In this document: positions 37,296 to 51,149 of the stretch, piece by piece
Position numbering within the stretch: the first letter of the stretch is position 1
Layout: each line of letters starts with the position of its first letter
Source of the DNA: Octopus vulgaris
Taxonomy: Eukaryota
Direction of reading: 5' to 3'
Length of the DNA stretch: 64,000 nucleotides
Assembly: GCA_951406725.2 (NCBI GenBank)
Contig: OX597816.1
Coordinates: 100,254,001-100,318,000 of the forward strand
Notes under the pieces: model-generated
The model's input: the letters and a program-made list of their open reading frames with translations, nothing else
Databases searched by the model: none
What the model was told of the DNA's origin: nothing
Program-made: the position numbers and the translations under genes

Positions 37296-37740
37296 GTTGA
37301 ATACTACTTTCTTTCATTTGTTCACTCACTTATATAGATGTACTGTATGCACTCACACACACATATGCATATCTCAAATCCTCTTTTAACACCACCACAT
37401 GGCCCGCTGGTGTTTCAGTGACATTTCCTTCATAGGAAGCATTTGAATTAGGCTTCCAATGGGGGTTACCATAATTCATCCAAGTCATCCATACACTGTC
37501 ATCTTTTACACTTCTCTATATTACTGAAAATTTAACAAATCTCTCTGGTCAATTTTCCTTCCTATATTCTAACATCCATGAGGTTCATTTTGACATAGAT
37601 CCCATGCATCACATCTGTCTCTCTTGCAAACACCTCATCATGTTTCTCTCTGGGGCACAATCTCTGCTTGTACAGCCTCAATCTGCTTTTATATATACAT
37701 ACTTATATCAGTCTATCAGTTTGTTTGTCTGTCTGTCTAT

Positions 37741-37791
<51 letters not shown>

Positions 37792-37820
37792 TATATATAG
37801 CTGAAAAGATTTTTTTAATA

Positions 37821-37912
37821 TAAAAATTTATTAATTATATTAAAGTATCTCAGAAACAAACAGGTGTTAACCTGCTTTTAAGAAAGATTTTTATATAATT
37901 AATAAATTTTTA
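37821..37912. repeat. AT-rich hairpin with perfect 20-bp arms
   Basis: TAAAAATTTATTAATTATAT (37821-37840) pairs with 37893-37912; inner CAGGT/ACCTG stem. Confidence 0.8.
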
Positions 37913-39162
37913 ATTTATCACTTTTTTTTCAAGCATAGTGACTATGTCAAGGAATTTTTCTTCAATCTTTTACACACACACATGTATGTTTATATAGATG
38001 TGCATGTATATGTATGTAAGCATATATGTATATTTATATGTTCACAGATACATATAATGTATATGCATGCATACATATACATCTCTATGCGTACACATAT
38101 ATGTAGAGAAATGGATAGATAGGAATGTGTGACAAAGAGAAATTGTGAAAAACTGCCTCCTCTAGAGTGTTATGTAAACTAAAGGGTTTGTGTTTGAATT
38201 TTCATTTATAATTTAATAGTATTTTCTAAAATTTTTCTCACACAACTGGAATAATTTTCAGTGGTAAATATTTAAGTATGCATTTCATAGCATTAAGTTG
38301 GAGTTTTGAATAGAACTCCAGAAAATGTTCTTACATTCAAATTATGATGACAGGTTTAATTTAAATATCAATTCTTTTGTTAAGTGAGTTGATATTAAAT
38401 TAGTTAAATTTCCCATTTTTTTGAAGGAACTTAATGTTAAACATAAACTACTGAGAAAAAAATCCTGAAAGATTTTTGATCTAGAGGGAAATTCTATGGG
38501 AAATTATTTTTGCAGTTGCTACTTGACTCCTAAGTGAAATTAATTAAATTTCCCTTTCACAAAGTATAAAAGAATAAACACACATGCACCTCTCTCCCAC
38601 ACACACATGCATGCACTCATACACTTGTCTGTGAGAACAGAATTGGTATAGAAAAAAATTTATAGCAGCAGTAGTGTAGCAAAGTAAATAATATTGAAGA
38701 AACACTAATCAAAATTATTCAAGATGGAAATAATCTATCAGTTTTGCTTAGAAGGGATAATGTGAAACTAAGTTAGATGTTTAAATTTGTAACTGTATAT
38801 TTGCTAAGATATTCTCATCATACATCTTTACGGTCTGATCCAAGAGCTTGTTTTCCAATAGAAAGGAATAAAAATGTCAAAAGATATTTGTTTTTGCTGC
38901 AGTAGCGACTGCAGTGGCTGCTACTGCTGCTGGTGATGATGATGACTATCATTATGATTAGAGTCCTATTATGAACTTGTGCCAGCAGTGACGCTAGTGT
39001 CACTGACATCACTTAATAGATGATGGCCTTAACTTGTTGTCTGCTTACCTATAAGTTAAATTTGGTCAATATAGCTGCTAGAACTGTTTGTAATGAAGAA
39101 TAAAATATCACAAGTATTGCTTTTAGTTTAGAGTGAACACATTTAAGTTACTCATATACATG

Positions 39163-39195
<33 letters not shown>

Positions 39196-39383
39196 TCACA
39201 TACAATTCAATGTGTCAGAAACGAAGTGACAGACATAAAATGTCAGAGAGAGTTTGTGTATGGATATAAACAGTGGAGTTATCAGATTCATACTCATGAA
39301 AAAAGCTGGAGGGTTGATTGATATGACACTTGAGGTAGATGTAAATCAGTGACAAACAGGTGAAAAGATGTATTATTGGTAAA

Positions 39384-39485
39384 TGTATATATATATATGT
39401 ATATATATATGTATATATGTGTATATATATGTATATATAAGTGTGTGTATATATGTGTATATATATATGTGTATATATATATATG

Positions 39486-39517
<32 letters not shown>

Positions 39518-39736
39518 TGTATATATATATGTATAACCACATGCTTTCACACACCAACTTTCTCACCTATATATATATATGTATATATATATATGTATAT
39601 ATGTATGTATATATGTATATATATATGTATATATGTGTATATATATGTATATATGTATATATATGTATATGTATATATATATATGTATATATATGTATAT
39701 GTATATATATATATGTATATATATGTATATGTATAT

Positions 39737-39768
<32 letters not shown>

Positions 39769-39839
39769 GTATATATATGTATATGTATGTATATGTATAT
39801 ATATATATATATATATGTATATGTATATAAATATATATG

Positions 39840-39888
<49 letters not shown>

Positions 39889-39889
39889 G

Positions 39890-39920
<31 letters not shown>

Positions 39921-40267
39921 GTATATATATATGTATATATATATATATATATGTATATATATGTATATATATGTATATGTATGTATATGTATATATATAT
40001 ATATGTATGTATGTATGTGTATATGTATATATGTATATGTATGTATGTATGTGTATATGTATATATGTATATGTATGTATGTGTATATGTATATATGTAT
40101 ATGTATGTATGCATATATATATATGTGTATATATGTATGTATATATATATATGTATGTGTATATATATGTATGTATATGTATATATGTATATATATATAT
40201 ATGTATGTATATATATATATATATATATGTATGTATATATGTATATATATATATGTATGTATATATG

Positions 40268-40298
<31 letters not shown>

Positions 40299-40689
40299 GT
40301 ATGTATATATGTATATATATATATGTATATATGTATTTATATGTATATATATATATGTATATATGTATATATATGTGTATATATGTATATGTATATGTAT
40401 ATATATATATGTATATATATGTGTATATATATGTATATGTATATATATATATGTATATAGATGTGTATATATGTATATGTATATATGTATATATATATAT
40501 GTATATATATGTGTATATATGTATATGTATATATGTATATATATATATGTATACATATGTATATATATGTGTATATATATGTATATATATGTGTGTATAT
40601 ATATGTGTATATATATATGTGTATATATGTGTATATATATATGTGTATATATATGTATATATATATGTGTATATATGTATGTGTATATA

Positions 40690-40724
<35 letters not shown>

Positions 40725-40725
40725 T
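39384..40725. repeat. ~1.3-kb (TA)n/(TATG)n/(TG)n low-complexity array
   Basis: Directly visible; source of the long YIYI pseudo-ORFs. Confidence 0.97.
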
Positions 40726-40899
40726 CATATTATGCATGACTGAGGCATGTATATTATGTATATATTTACCTTATTTCCTTATCTATATACTTTATGTGTG
40801 TAACTACATATATTTTGTTTCTGTATATATCCATATATTTTATGTAATTATATACATGCAGATGTGTTTGTGCTTATACACATACACACACACAAGCAC

Positions 40900-41057
40900 C
40901 CATTACACTCTCGGAGTGGTTGGCATTAGGAAGGGCATCCAGCTGTAGAAAGCTTGCTAGACTATATTGGAGACAGATACGGCCTCCTGGCTGCCAGTGC
41001 TCAGTCAAACCGTCCAATCCATGCCAGCATGGGAAGCGGACATTAAATGATGATGAT
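40900..41057 (+). mobile_element. RTE-tail-type SINE
   Basis: acactctcggagtggttggcattaggaagggcatccagctgtagaaa..aatccatgccagcatgggaagcggacattaaatgatgatgat; shares its 3' end with the RTE copy ending at 4298. Confidence 0.78.
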
Positions 41058-41130
41058 TTTATATGTATGTATGCATGCATATGTGTATTTATAAATAAAT
41101 ATATATGTATGTATGCATATATACACACAC

Positions 41131-41175
<45 letters not shown>

Positions 41176-41507
41176 CACACACATATATGCATACATACAT
41201 ATATATATATATATATTATATATATATATATATATGCATACATACATATATATTATATTTATAAGTATACACATATGTATATGCATGCATATGTGTATTA
41301 TATAAATAGATATATATGTATGTATGCATATATGTGTATATATAAATATATATATATGTATGTATGCATATATGTGTGTGTATATATAAATATATATATA
41401 TATATGTATGTATGCATATATGTGTGTGTATATATAAATATATATATATATATGTATGTATGCATATATGTGTGTGTATATATGAGTGTATATATATATA
41501 TATATAT
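41058..41507. repeat. TA-rich microsatellite with internal ~38-bp higher-order units
   Basis: Repeated tatgtatgtatgcatatatgtgtgtgtatatataaata-like units at about 41355-41480. Confidence 0.9.
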
Positions 41508-41600
41508 CATCATCATCATCGTTTAGCGTCCGCTTTCCATGCTAGCATGGGTTAGACGGTTCAACTGGGGTCTGGGAAGCCAGAAGGCTGCACCAGGCCA
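41508..41600 (-). mobile_element. RTE-tail-type SINE, 5'-truncated
   Basis: catcatcatcatcgtttagcgtccgctttccatgctagcatgggttagacggttcaactggggtctgggaagcc. Confidence 0.78.
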
Positions 41601-41720
41601 TCGTCTGTAATGAGTGTGAAGAAAGAAATAATTGTATATATGAATATATGTATGCATATATAAATGTGTGTGTATATATATTTATATATATATATATGTA
41701 TGTATATATATATATGTTTG

Positions 41721-41762
<42 letters not shown>

Positions 41763-42000
41763 TGATCTATAATCAGTGTGAAGAAAGGAATAGTTAAAAC
41801 AGAAAGCAATAGATGGCAAGACACTGTGTTGAAAAGAACCTTGCCCAACACATAATTATGGGCAAGAGAATGTAAAAATGATGATTATGATGATTGGAAT
41901 ATTTTTCTATGTATAAGCATGCATGTGCGTATGCATATATGTATATATGCTCACACACACACATATATATTTGTATATACATACACATACAAATATGTAT

Positions 42001-42056
<56 letters not shown>

Positions 42057-45000
42057 CCATACATGCATATATACATATATATACGTACACAGCTACATAA
42101 ACAGATGCATAAATACATATCTAACACACACACACATATGTGTGTGTATATATTTATGTATAATGTGAGGAGATGGGGTTATCAATTGAATTGTATTTTG
42201 AAAAGTTAAAATACCTAGAATGAAAATGTTAAAAAGTAAAATGTGAGTTGTAGAATTAAAAAAGTGGTAGTGATAAGTAAACCCTTTAAGAAAGAAATGG
42301 CTTAAAGGTATGGAGACATTAAGTTAGAAAACAGGGAAATACACATAATAAAATATAAAATGGACAGAATTATATAACAATCAATTTTTTTTATAAATAA
42401 TAAAGTAAGGATAAGGTTTAACAAAAATAAGCATGTCTGTTTTTATATGTATATTTATATTTTTTTAATGTTACCAGTTGAACTATTAGTTGATAAATAT
42501 CTAACTGATTTCTGAAAGAAAAATATATTAAATGATAATTTTGTCAAAGAATTTGTAGTTGCTTCTTTTCTTGAAAATACTACCAAATATCACTGATTGA
42601 TTAGAGCAGTATTTTAGATAAAACTGAAACTATAAATGTGTTAAAATTAAAATACCAATGATTAATTGCTTAAATCATTTTTTTTATATATTCAAAAGTA
42701 ACAAAACATATTCTGTCTTGAAGACAGCCCTTAGCCATGATCACATGCCATCTGTTAAATTGTTACCAGGCATAGTAACTATAGGAAGCTATCTATACTT
42801 GCTGCTTCTACTGCTGCTACTGCTGTTACTACTACTATTATTACTACTTGTGTTTATAAGGATGCAGTTACTTTTTAATGCTCACTGTTACCACTACCAT
42901 ACAGCCACTATGATCTTCATGACTATCATGAGTATCATCATTATCAACATCAACCTGATTGTTAGCTGTTGTCATTATCTGGAGAGCTACTATTCTATTG
43001 TAAGAGCAGCAATGACAACAGAAATATAAGCCATTGTTACAGTGGCAGCCAGCATAAAATCTCAGAGCAATACAAAATTCTCAGCATCATCCTCTCTGAT
43101 CAACATTTCTCTCCTTCAAACTCTCTCTCCACCTTTCTGTTACAATAAATTCTATCTTTTAACATTATTCACTGCTATAATGCATCAACATTGTAGTTGT
43201 ATCGTAGTACTGAGCCATTAGTTGTTGTCATTGTCAACAGTGTGGTAGTTATGAGATATTGACTATGATTGCTGTTTGTGTTGCAACTCGTGTGATAGAC
43301 AGGAATGGATAGCAGATTATGCACTATCAAAGTTGCAGTGGATTCTCTATGCTTAAAAGAGTCAGTGGGAAGAGATTAGGAATAGCAGTTTATTTGAAAA
43401 GGACACATGAGAATTTCTTACATTTAGTTTCTTTTGAAATTAATATATTGAGTCAGTGAAAGGGTGCCTGTCTCCTGTTATGTCATTGTCATGCTACTAC
43501 TCAATGAAATTGACCAAGTGAAGTTGATATTAGAAATAGTACTTTACAAGTGCAACAGATTTGGAAGAAAATTAACTAGAGAAGATCTAAATTCTAGATT
43601 ATGAAGACCACAAAGATAAGAAAGATAGATTATTGTATAATAGAGATGATGGTGATAAGGTGAAATACTATGGGAGATTAGAACATACTCACAAAAATGA
43701 AATGAAAAGAAGGAATGTATGAAAAGAAGTGGAGGAGAGTTTGAAGTAAGAGTAAAGAATAGAAATAAAAGAGAGAAAGAAAGATATAGGAAAAAGAGAA
43801 AAGTAGCTATGGTTGAGTGAGGGGGTGGCAAAAGCAAAGCAGATAAACTGAGAGGCTGAGGCAGGAATGCGGAAGGACTGTAGGTTCTAGAAAACATTCA
43901 CACAAACACATATGAAGCAGCAAAATCTTGGTAAAATATAACTGAATACAAGTGGATTATAACACAGACGTTTAGTGCTAACTTTCAATGCAAATGTAGT
44001 AGGAAATCACACGGCATTCCTACACTGCAGTGACCTGAGAGTGTTGGAATGGAGAAATGTGAGAAGGAAAAATGCACACAGTTATACATATGCACAGATA
44101 TATTGATGCACGTGTGTTACCAGAGATAGTGATGAACAGAACTACTGACCACTTGCTAAAGAAGAATCAGTCTGTTGAAATTATTGGAAAGAATGTAATA
44201 TCTATCAGTCACCAGGGAACGACATTATTGATAAGTCAGAACCAGTAGTTGTGAAATATTCTTTATTTTGGTAAGTCACCTTAGACAGTGTACAATGCAG
44301 CATGCTTGCATATAAGTATGTGGAAGGGCGCAGATATGTACACTATTGATGTCTGTTTAGGCTTGTGGTGAAGAAAATTTATTTGAAACTTTTTTATAAT
44401 TGAAATGATTTTAAAATATTTTCGTAAGAAACTGATCCATTCAAATAACAATATTACAGGAATAACAACAAAAACAAACTGTAAACATTGTCACCCATAG
44501 AATGCACATATATAAAAAGAATCTGTATTGAGCTACACTGTTATACACAAATATTAAGGTGTATATGCGTGTATTAATAGATGTGTTAATAAGTTTGTAA
44601 ATATAAACAAATATGTACATAGATATTAAACACTTTCAAGAAACTAGATTTGCTAGGTGTTTCCCTTTTCATATTAGATCAAACTCTCTTAGTCTATTTA
44701 TGCATTCAGTGTTGGTTGGTTGGTGGTGGGAAAGTGATATTTGTTTCTATTACCGTTGATTCCTTATGTTTATGTCGGCCAGTTTAGACACTTTCCTTCT
44801 TTTTAATCATTCTTTCATTCACCCTTGCCTTATAGTTTTCTTGTTTGTGTTTTCTTTTTCTTTACTGCTATAAGTTTTAACTGAGTAAATGTATGTTTAT
44901 ATGGTATGTGAAGAATGACGTTCTTAGCTACACATGGATTACAGGTGTAAGTGAAAGTGAAAATGCACGCATGTACACTCCCACACATACACTCACTATG

Positions 45001-45639
45001 TTAGCAATGGAGAGGAAGTGAGTGTAGAGCTGTGTTAATGCTGCTTGGTATATTGTTCTATGTAGAAATACATATATAGCACATGCACGCATAAAAAAAA
45101 ATAAGAAATACATATTGAATGTTGATTATATAAAACGATAGCAAATCAACTTGAAATATATAATAGAATAAATATATCGATGTGTAAATGACACATCTGT
45201 ATGTTTTCATAGAAACAAATCTATAGTCAACTAGTCGTGTGTATGCGTAGGAATGTGTGCGTGTGTATGAAACGGTAGAATCCGAATAAAGTGTCTCCAT
45301 CGGCAAATAGTAACTCAAAAAGTCATGTGTCAAGAGACAGACATTTAAATGTTTTAGTACTGATTTTCTCGTAAATGTGTGTGTATGTGTAAGAGAGAGG
45401 GGAAGGAAGGGAGTAATGTTTTGAAAATATTTTCTATTTTTAACAGTTAATGAAATGGAAATAATTATAGAAGGAAAAGTAGTGGGCATTTAAAGATTCA
45501 ATAGACATTGAGCAGCTGCTTCAATCAAAGATTAGTGATAATTAGAATAGTAGTGATGGAGGAGAGTGGGGATCATGTTACACGATTCCCACCACAAATA
45601 CTACTATAATTCTAATTATAGTTAATATTATTTGGCGAT

Positions 45640-45830
45640 TTGAAGGTGGTCGATTGACAAAATGGATAATGCATCGGACGAAATGCTTTGCGGTATTTAG
45701 TTACGACCCCTCACATTCTGAGCTGAAATCCCTAAGACGACGACTTTGCCTTTCAATTTTCTGCGGGTGGTATAATGTACAGTTTTCTCCAAGGTTTCTG
45801 GTTTTGAGCCTATGTAAGAAATTCTTATCA
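45640..45830 (+). mobile_element. SINE copy retaining CpGs
   Basis: gaaggtggtcgattgacaaaatgg..cggacgaaatgctttgcggtattt..cattctgagctgaaatcc..cgactttgcctttca; same family as 17555-17745. Confidence 0.65.
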
Positions 45831-47721
45831 CACGAATTATAAAATACTAACATAGTTATTTATAGATGATTTTTACCATTTTTACAATTTTATTGAAACT
45901 TATGGGATAGCGTGGAATAGTATTAACTGAATAAAATTATGCTGTTTATTCATGTAATATTTTCAGATTAATATTGTTTTCTCTAATAATAGTTCTTGTT
46001 CTTCTATTATTAGAAAAGTCGGTGGATTTGATAGTCTTATATCCATGGCGCTTTCTATTTTCGTCACTATTGTAATTACCATTATAGTTAGTGTTGGTCA
46101 TTATTATCTCCGCTACTTTACGCTATGATTACTACTGCTATCATTGCTCTGATTACTGCTGTATCCACAGACATCTTTGACACTTTAGTTAGGATGGTCG
46201 CTAATCGTCAATTTTATCGTGCTACTCATCGCAAATCTTTATTGTCAGCATACACATACATGTAGTGTGTGTATGTGATGGATGGAATTCTTACACGGAA
46301 TTCGTGGAAACAAGAGAGAACGTTGGCAAGCAACTAGTCTGTCCACGGTGGTCCCTACAATAAACTATTCGTACTGCTGTTCGATATGAATGTCACACAT
46401 ACCTTTATTATTTGTCGGGTTCTACTACTACTCGTCTGCAACACATCGACACCTCATTTAGCAACTTGAAACCTTATTTCCCTTAGACTCAATATAGCAG
46501 TTTCTTTCATCTATCCATTTTTACTTTTACTTTTCTATTATCTCTCAGGGGCATCTCTAGCAACAACCTGTTTCTTTCTCACACTCCATTCAAAGTATTA
46601 ACTTCGAATACTTAAGCTTAATAGTCTCCAGCTGCACATCGTTTCCATGCATTACTTATTTCCCCTCGCCTTCGATAAACGCACGAAACCTGACGAACTG
46701 AAATGCTAGATTCAATTTGTCTTTAGTGGAGAAATGGCAGGAAGTCTATCTACCACCCGATCATTCTACTATTTCTTTTCCTTTTCAATGACTTCTCTGT
46801 TTTCATCCCTTCGTATATTTTTACTCTGCAAACGAAAATATACGGAGCTTTATGTTTGCAGTTACCTCATTCGATTTTCTTACTTCGTTGAAATGCATAT
46901 TCTGCCTTACAATTCGACAACTGCGATGTTTCTAATAATCAAAATATAAATATAATAACATTACCACTCAATTTGGCTCATATTAACTCGTGCATTTATT
47001 TTAGCTGCAGACTATGCACTATTTCGTGTAATTTAATAGTTCCTAATGTTATCAATATCTCCAGTTTTCTTTTATTTTGAATAACACGCAAAGAGAGAGA
47101 TAGAGAGAAAATGAAAGATCATTGCTTGAAAAATAAAACGACTGAGAAAACAGTTGTGGCATCGTCCATCGCTATGAGTGCCATATCTAGCGGTTCATTT
47201 GCAATTGTAGTTGCCTCATTCAAGAATTCAAACTGACTTACGTCACTGAACAGAAAAAAAAAGTGGATTTAAAAATCAAATCAAATGTGTTATAGCATAA
47301 TGTGTATCTGTGTGTATGTTAAAGGATTCCACTGTGCTTTTGAAATTCGTTTGCTGTTTCCTTCGTTTCCCTGCTTCATCTTGAAGAGTCTGATTTCGTT
47401 GTTTTAAGTTAATCTTCGATTTGTTTATATCGGAAATGCGATTCCTTGAAATGTGTTGCCGGTTAACAATTTTTGTTTAAATATTAGATGGGGTTGTGGT
47501 GGGGTATTTATAAGTGAAAGTCAATATTACACGAAACCATATTTTGTTTTCTCTTAATTGTTTCATTCATTATCGTTATCACAGTTTCACCTTACTGTTC
47601 ATATTTCCTGATCATGTTAACACTGTTACCCACTCTTTCGTGATATTTCAAGCAACATGCTTTTACCGATTTCATTTCATTTAATTATCTATTCATTCAT
47701 TTATTTATTTATTACTATTAT

Positions 47722-47834
<113 letters not shown>

Positions 47835-48298
47835 GGTGAGGTGTGGATGAATGGTTAAGAAGTTTGCTTCATAATCAAGCAGGCATGGTTTCAATTCGGC
47901 AGTGTAGACAAGTCTCATCTTTCCTATAGCCTCAAGTGGCTAGATCGAGACTGAGTAAAATGGAGGTCAGATGAATTGTACCTGCATTATGCTGATTCTG
48001 CCCCCAAAATTTGCATTGAGAGTACACATATGTTGAAATACTCAAGCATTTACACACTAATACAATGAGCCTTTTAGTGCAGGTGATTGAAAAGCTGAAC
48101 ACTTATAGTCTCTCATTATGATAGAAATTCTAAATATACATATATATGTTGATATATAAACGTACAATACTATATTATAAGATATATTAAACACGTTATA
48201 ATATAAGTGGCTAAAGCAATTTAAAACCGAAATGGTAGAATACATAAGGGTGTAAAATAGCACCTACAATTGCTAGAAATAAGAGCTAAAAATATAAC

Positions 48299-48574
48299 TC
48301 TAATAGTCACAGAAAATCTCTAACCTCATGAGATGTTCAAAGGGACTGTGAGCAGCAAGCCACAACATCTTTCTCCAGCGAGATAAAACTCACTGAATGA
48401 AATAATTTGGTAAGACCCTATCATATGATTTCGATATTGAGAGAGAGAGAGGGTGAAGAGTTACATTTGTTTTGAGCTTAGAGTCTGGTGAGACGTTCAT
48501 GGGGCTAAGCCCTTTGTGGATGCAAAACCATTAGTCACTCTATGACCGGACATTGATTTAACTACTTATAAATA

Positions 48575-48605
<31 letters not shown>

Positions 48606-48674
48606 ATGTATGTATGTGTATATATATATATATATGTATGTGTGTGTATATGATGATATATATATATATATTTG

Positions 48675-48711
<37 letters not shown>

Positions 48712-48814
48712 AGTATGTATATATGTATGTGTGTGTATATGTATATATATATGTATGTGTGTGTATGTGTTATATATATATATATATATGTATGTGTGTA
48801 TATATATATATGTA

Positions 48815-48860
<46 letters not shown>

Positions 48861-49277
48861 GTGTATATATATATATATGTATGTGTGTATATATACGTGT
48901 ATATAATATATATATATGTATGTATATATATATATATGTATGTGTGTGTATATATATATGTATGTGTGTGTATAATATATATGTATGTGTGTGTATATAT
49001 ATCTAATAGTCACAGAAAATCTCTAACCTCATGAGATGTTCAAAGGGACTGTGAGCAGCAAGCCACAACATCTTTCTCCAGCGAGATAAAACTCACTGAA
49101 TGAAATAATTTGGTAAGACCCTATCATATGATTTCGATATTGAGAGAGAGAGAGGGTGAAGAGTTACATTTGTTTTGAGCTTAGAGTCTGGTGAGACGTT
49201 CATGGGGCTAAGCCCTTTGTGGATGCAAAACCATTAGTCACTCTATGACCGGACATTGATTTAACTACTTATAAATA

Positions 49278-49278
<1 letters not shown>
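48299..49278 (+). repeat. Apparently identical ~277-bp direct repeat (48299-48575, 49002-49278; period 703), each copy carrying a decayed hammerhead-like motif and followed by TA/TG microsatellite
   Basis: No differences seen by eye. Motif TAGAGT-CTGGTGA-stem II-CAAAAC-CATTA-GTC-ACTCTA at 48479-48542 and 49182-49245. Confidence 0.9.
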
Positions 49279-49310
<32 letters not shown>

Positions 49311-49385
49311 ATGTGTATATATATATATATATATATATAAACGATGATGATGATATATATATATATATATTTGTATGTGTGTATG

Positions 49386-49418
<33 letters not shown>

Positions 49419-50200
49419 ATATGTATGTGTGTGTATATGTATATATATATATATATGTATGTGTGTGTATATGTATATATATATATATATGTATGTGTGT
49501 GTATATGTATATATATATATGTATGTGTGTGTGTGTGTATATATATATATGTATGTGTATATATATATATATGTATGTGTGTATATATATATATATGTAT
49601 GTGTGTATATATATATATATATGTGTGTGTATTATATATATGTATGTGTGTGTATATATATATATGTATGTGTGTGTATATATATATGTATGTGTGTGTA
49701 TATATATATATGTATGTGTGTGTATGTGTATATATATGTATGTGTGTGTGTGTATGTATGTGTGTGTATATATATATGTGTGTGTATGTGTATATATATA
49801 TATATGTGTGTATGTATGTATATATGTATGTGTGTGTATGTATGTGTGTGTATGTGTGTATATATATATATATGTATGTGTGTGTATGTATATATGTGTG
49901 TGTATGTATATATGTATGTGTGTGTATATATATATGTGTGTGTATGTATATATATATATTTGTGTATGTATGTATATATATATGTATGTGTGTGTATGTA
50001 TATATATATGTATGTATGTGTGTGTATGTATATGTATGTATATATATATGTATGTGTGTGTATGTATATATATATATGTATGTATGTATATATATATATG
50101 TATGTGTGTGTGTATGTATATATATATATATCTTTGTGTATGTATAAATATGTGTGTGTGCATGTATATATATATATATCTTTGTGTATGTATAAATATG

Positions 50201-50233
<33 letters not shown>

Positions 50234-50265
50234 GCAGATGCACACACACACGCACATGTATATAC
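49279..50265. repeat. ~1-kb (TA)n/(TG)n/(TATG)n array
   Basis: Directly visible. Confidence 0.97.
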
Positions 50266-50274
50266 GAAAAAAAA

Positions 50275-50435
50275 CCATCATCTCGCATTTGTCTTTCATA
50301 CTGGCATAGGCTGGCATAGTATAGTTAGATGGTATCCAGTGAGGGCTGTGTCATGCTCCAGTTGCTTCTTTACATGGTTACAAACGTTGAATGCCCTTCC
50401 TAATGCCAACCACTTAACAAATTGTACTGGATGCT
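50275..50435 (-). mobile_element. Decayed RTE-tail-type SINE
   Basis: tttcatactggcataggctgg..gttgaatgcccttcctaatgccaaccactt is the reverse complement of the 40900 family. Confidence 0.6.
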
Positions 50436-51149
50436 TTGAATAAGAGATGGGGCAGAGTAGAAAGGTTTTGGAGCCAGAAGCTCTGGAAGTGTTGGTGGGT
50501 AATTGATTGTAAGAGTGTAGGAAAAGTGTTAGAGATGGAATAGAGGTGAATGTAGGTAAATAAAGGTGGGGAAAGAATTGGTAGTAAATGTGAGTTGGGG
50601 CTCTGGAAGAAAGGGTGAACAGCAGCACAATAATGAAACATTGTAAAGAGTATGGATAAGTGATAGGGACAAGTAGCATGGATTGATAAAGATTGCAAGA
50701 GTAGGGGACCGGGGGGAGAGTGAGAGACATATAGTGATAGGGTGGAGGTCAGCAGTATGTAAGAATGAATAAAGTGAGTTGTAAACAAAGGTGGAAGATA
50801 GTTGATAGTAGACATGAGAGAATATTAAGAATAAAGTATGTATGACTAGATGATGTAGTTCAGCAGAAAGAAAAAATAACTGGTTGCACAGAAAGGTTGA
50901 TCATTGGAAAATAAGAGTGAGGAGGAATGAGAGATGGGTATCAAAAGGAATTGCTTCAAGGGAGGGATAACTTGTTGCACAGAAAGGGGATGACATATGT
51001 AAATCTACTCTCATTTAATTACAGTGGAAGAATAATGCAGTAGTTAGGAAAGTGATGGAAGGATGAAAGGTAGACAAAATATTGGGAGAGACAAATTGTG
51101 GGCTGTGGGGCAAGTTGTTCATGCTCACATAGTGAATTTAAAACCTTAG

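Noticed and set aside
39376-40948. Long ORFs of 300-520 aa (YIYICIYM..), also at 6.7-7.6, 41-42 and 48.5-50.4 kb
   Set aside because: Translations of TA/TG microsatellites that lack stop codons in all frames; not genes.
42658-43029. ORF with a poly-Leu transmembrane-like run
   Set aside because: Encoded by a degenerate (CTA/CTG)n microsatellite; no splice or homology support.
46691-46712. CTGACGA-ACT-GAAA hammerhead-like boxes
   Set aside because: Only 3 nt between the boxes (no stem II) and no stem I/III pairing.
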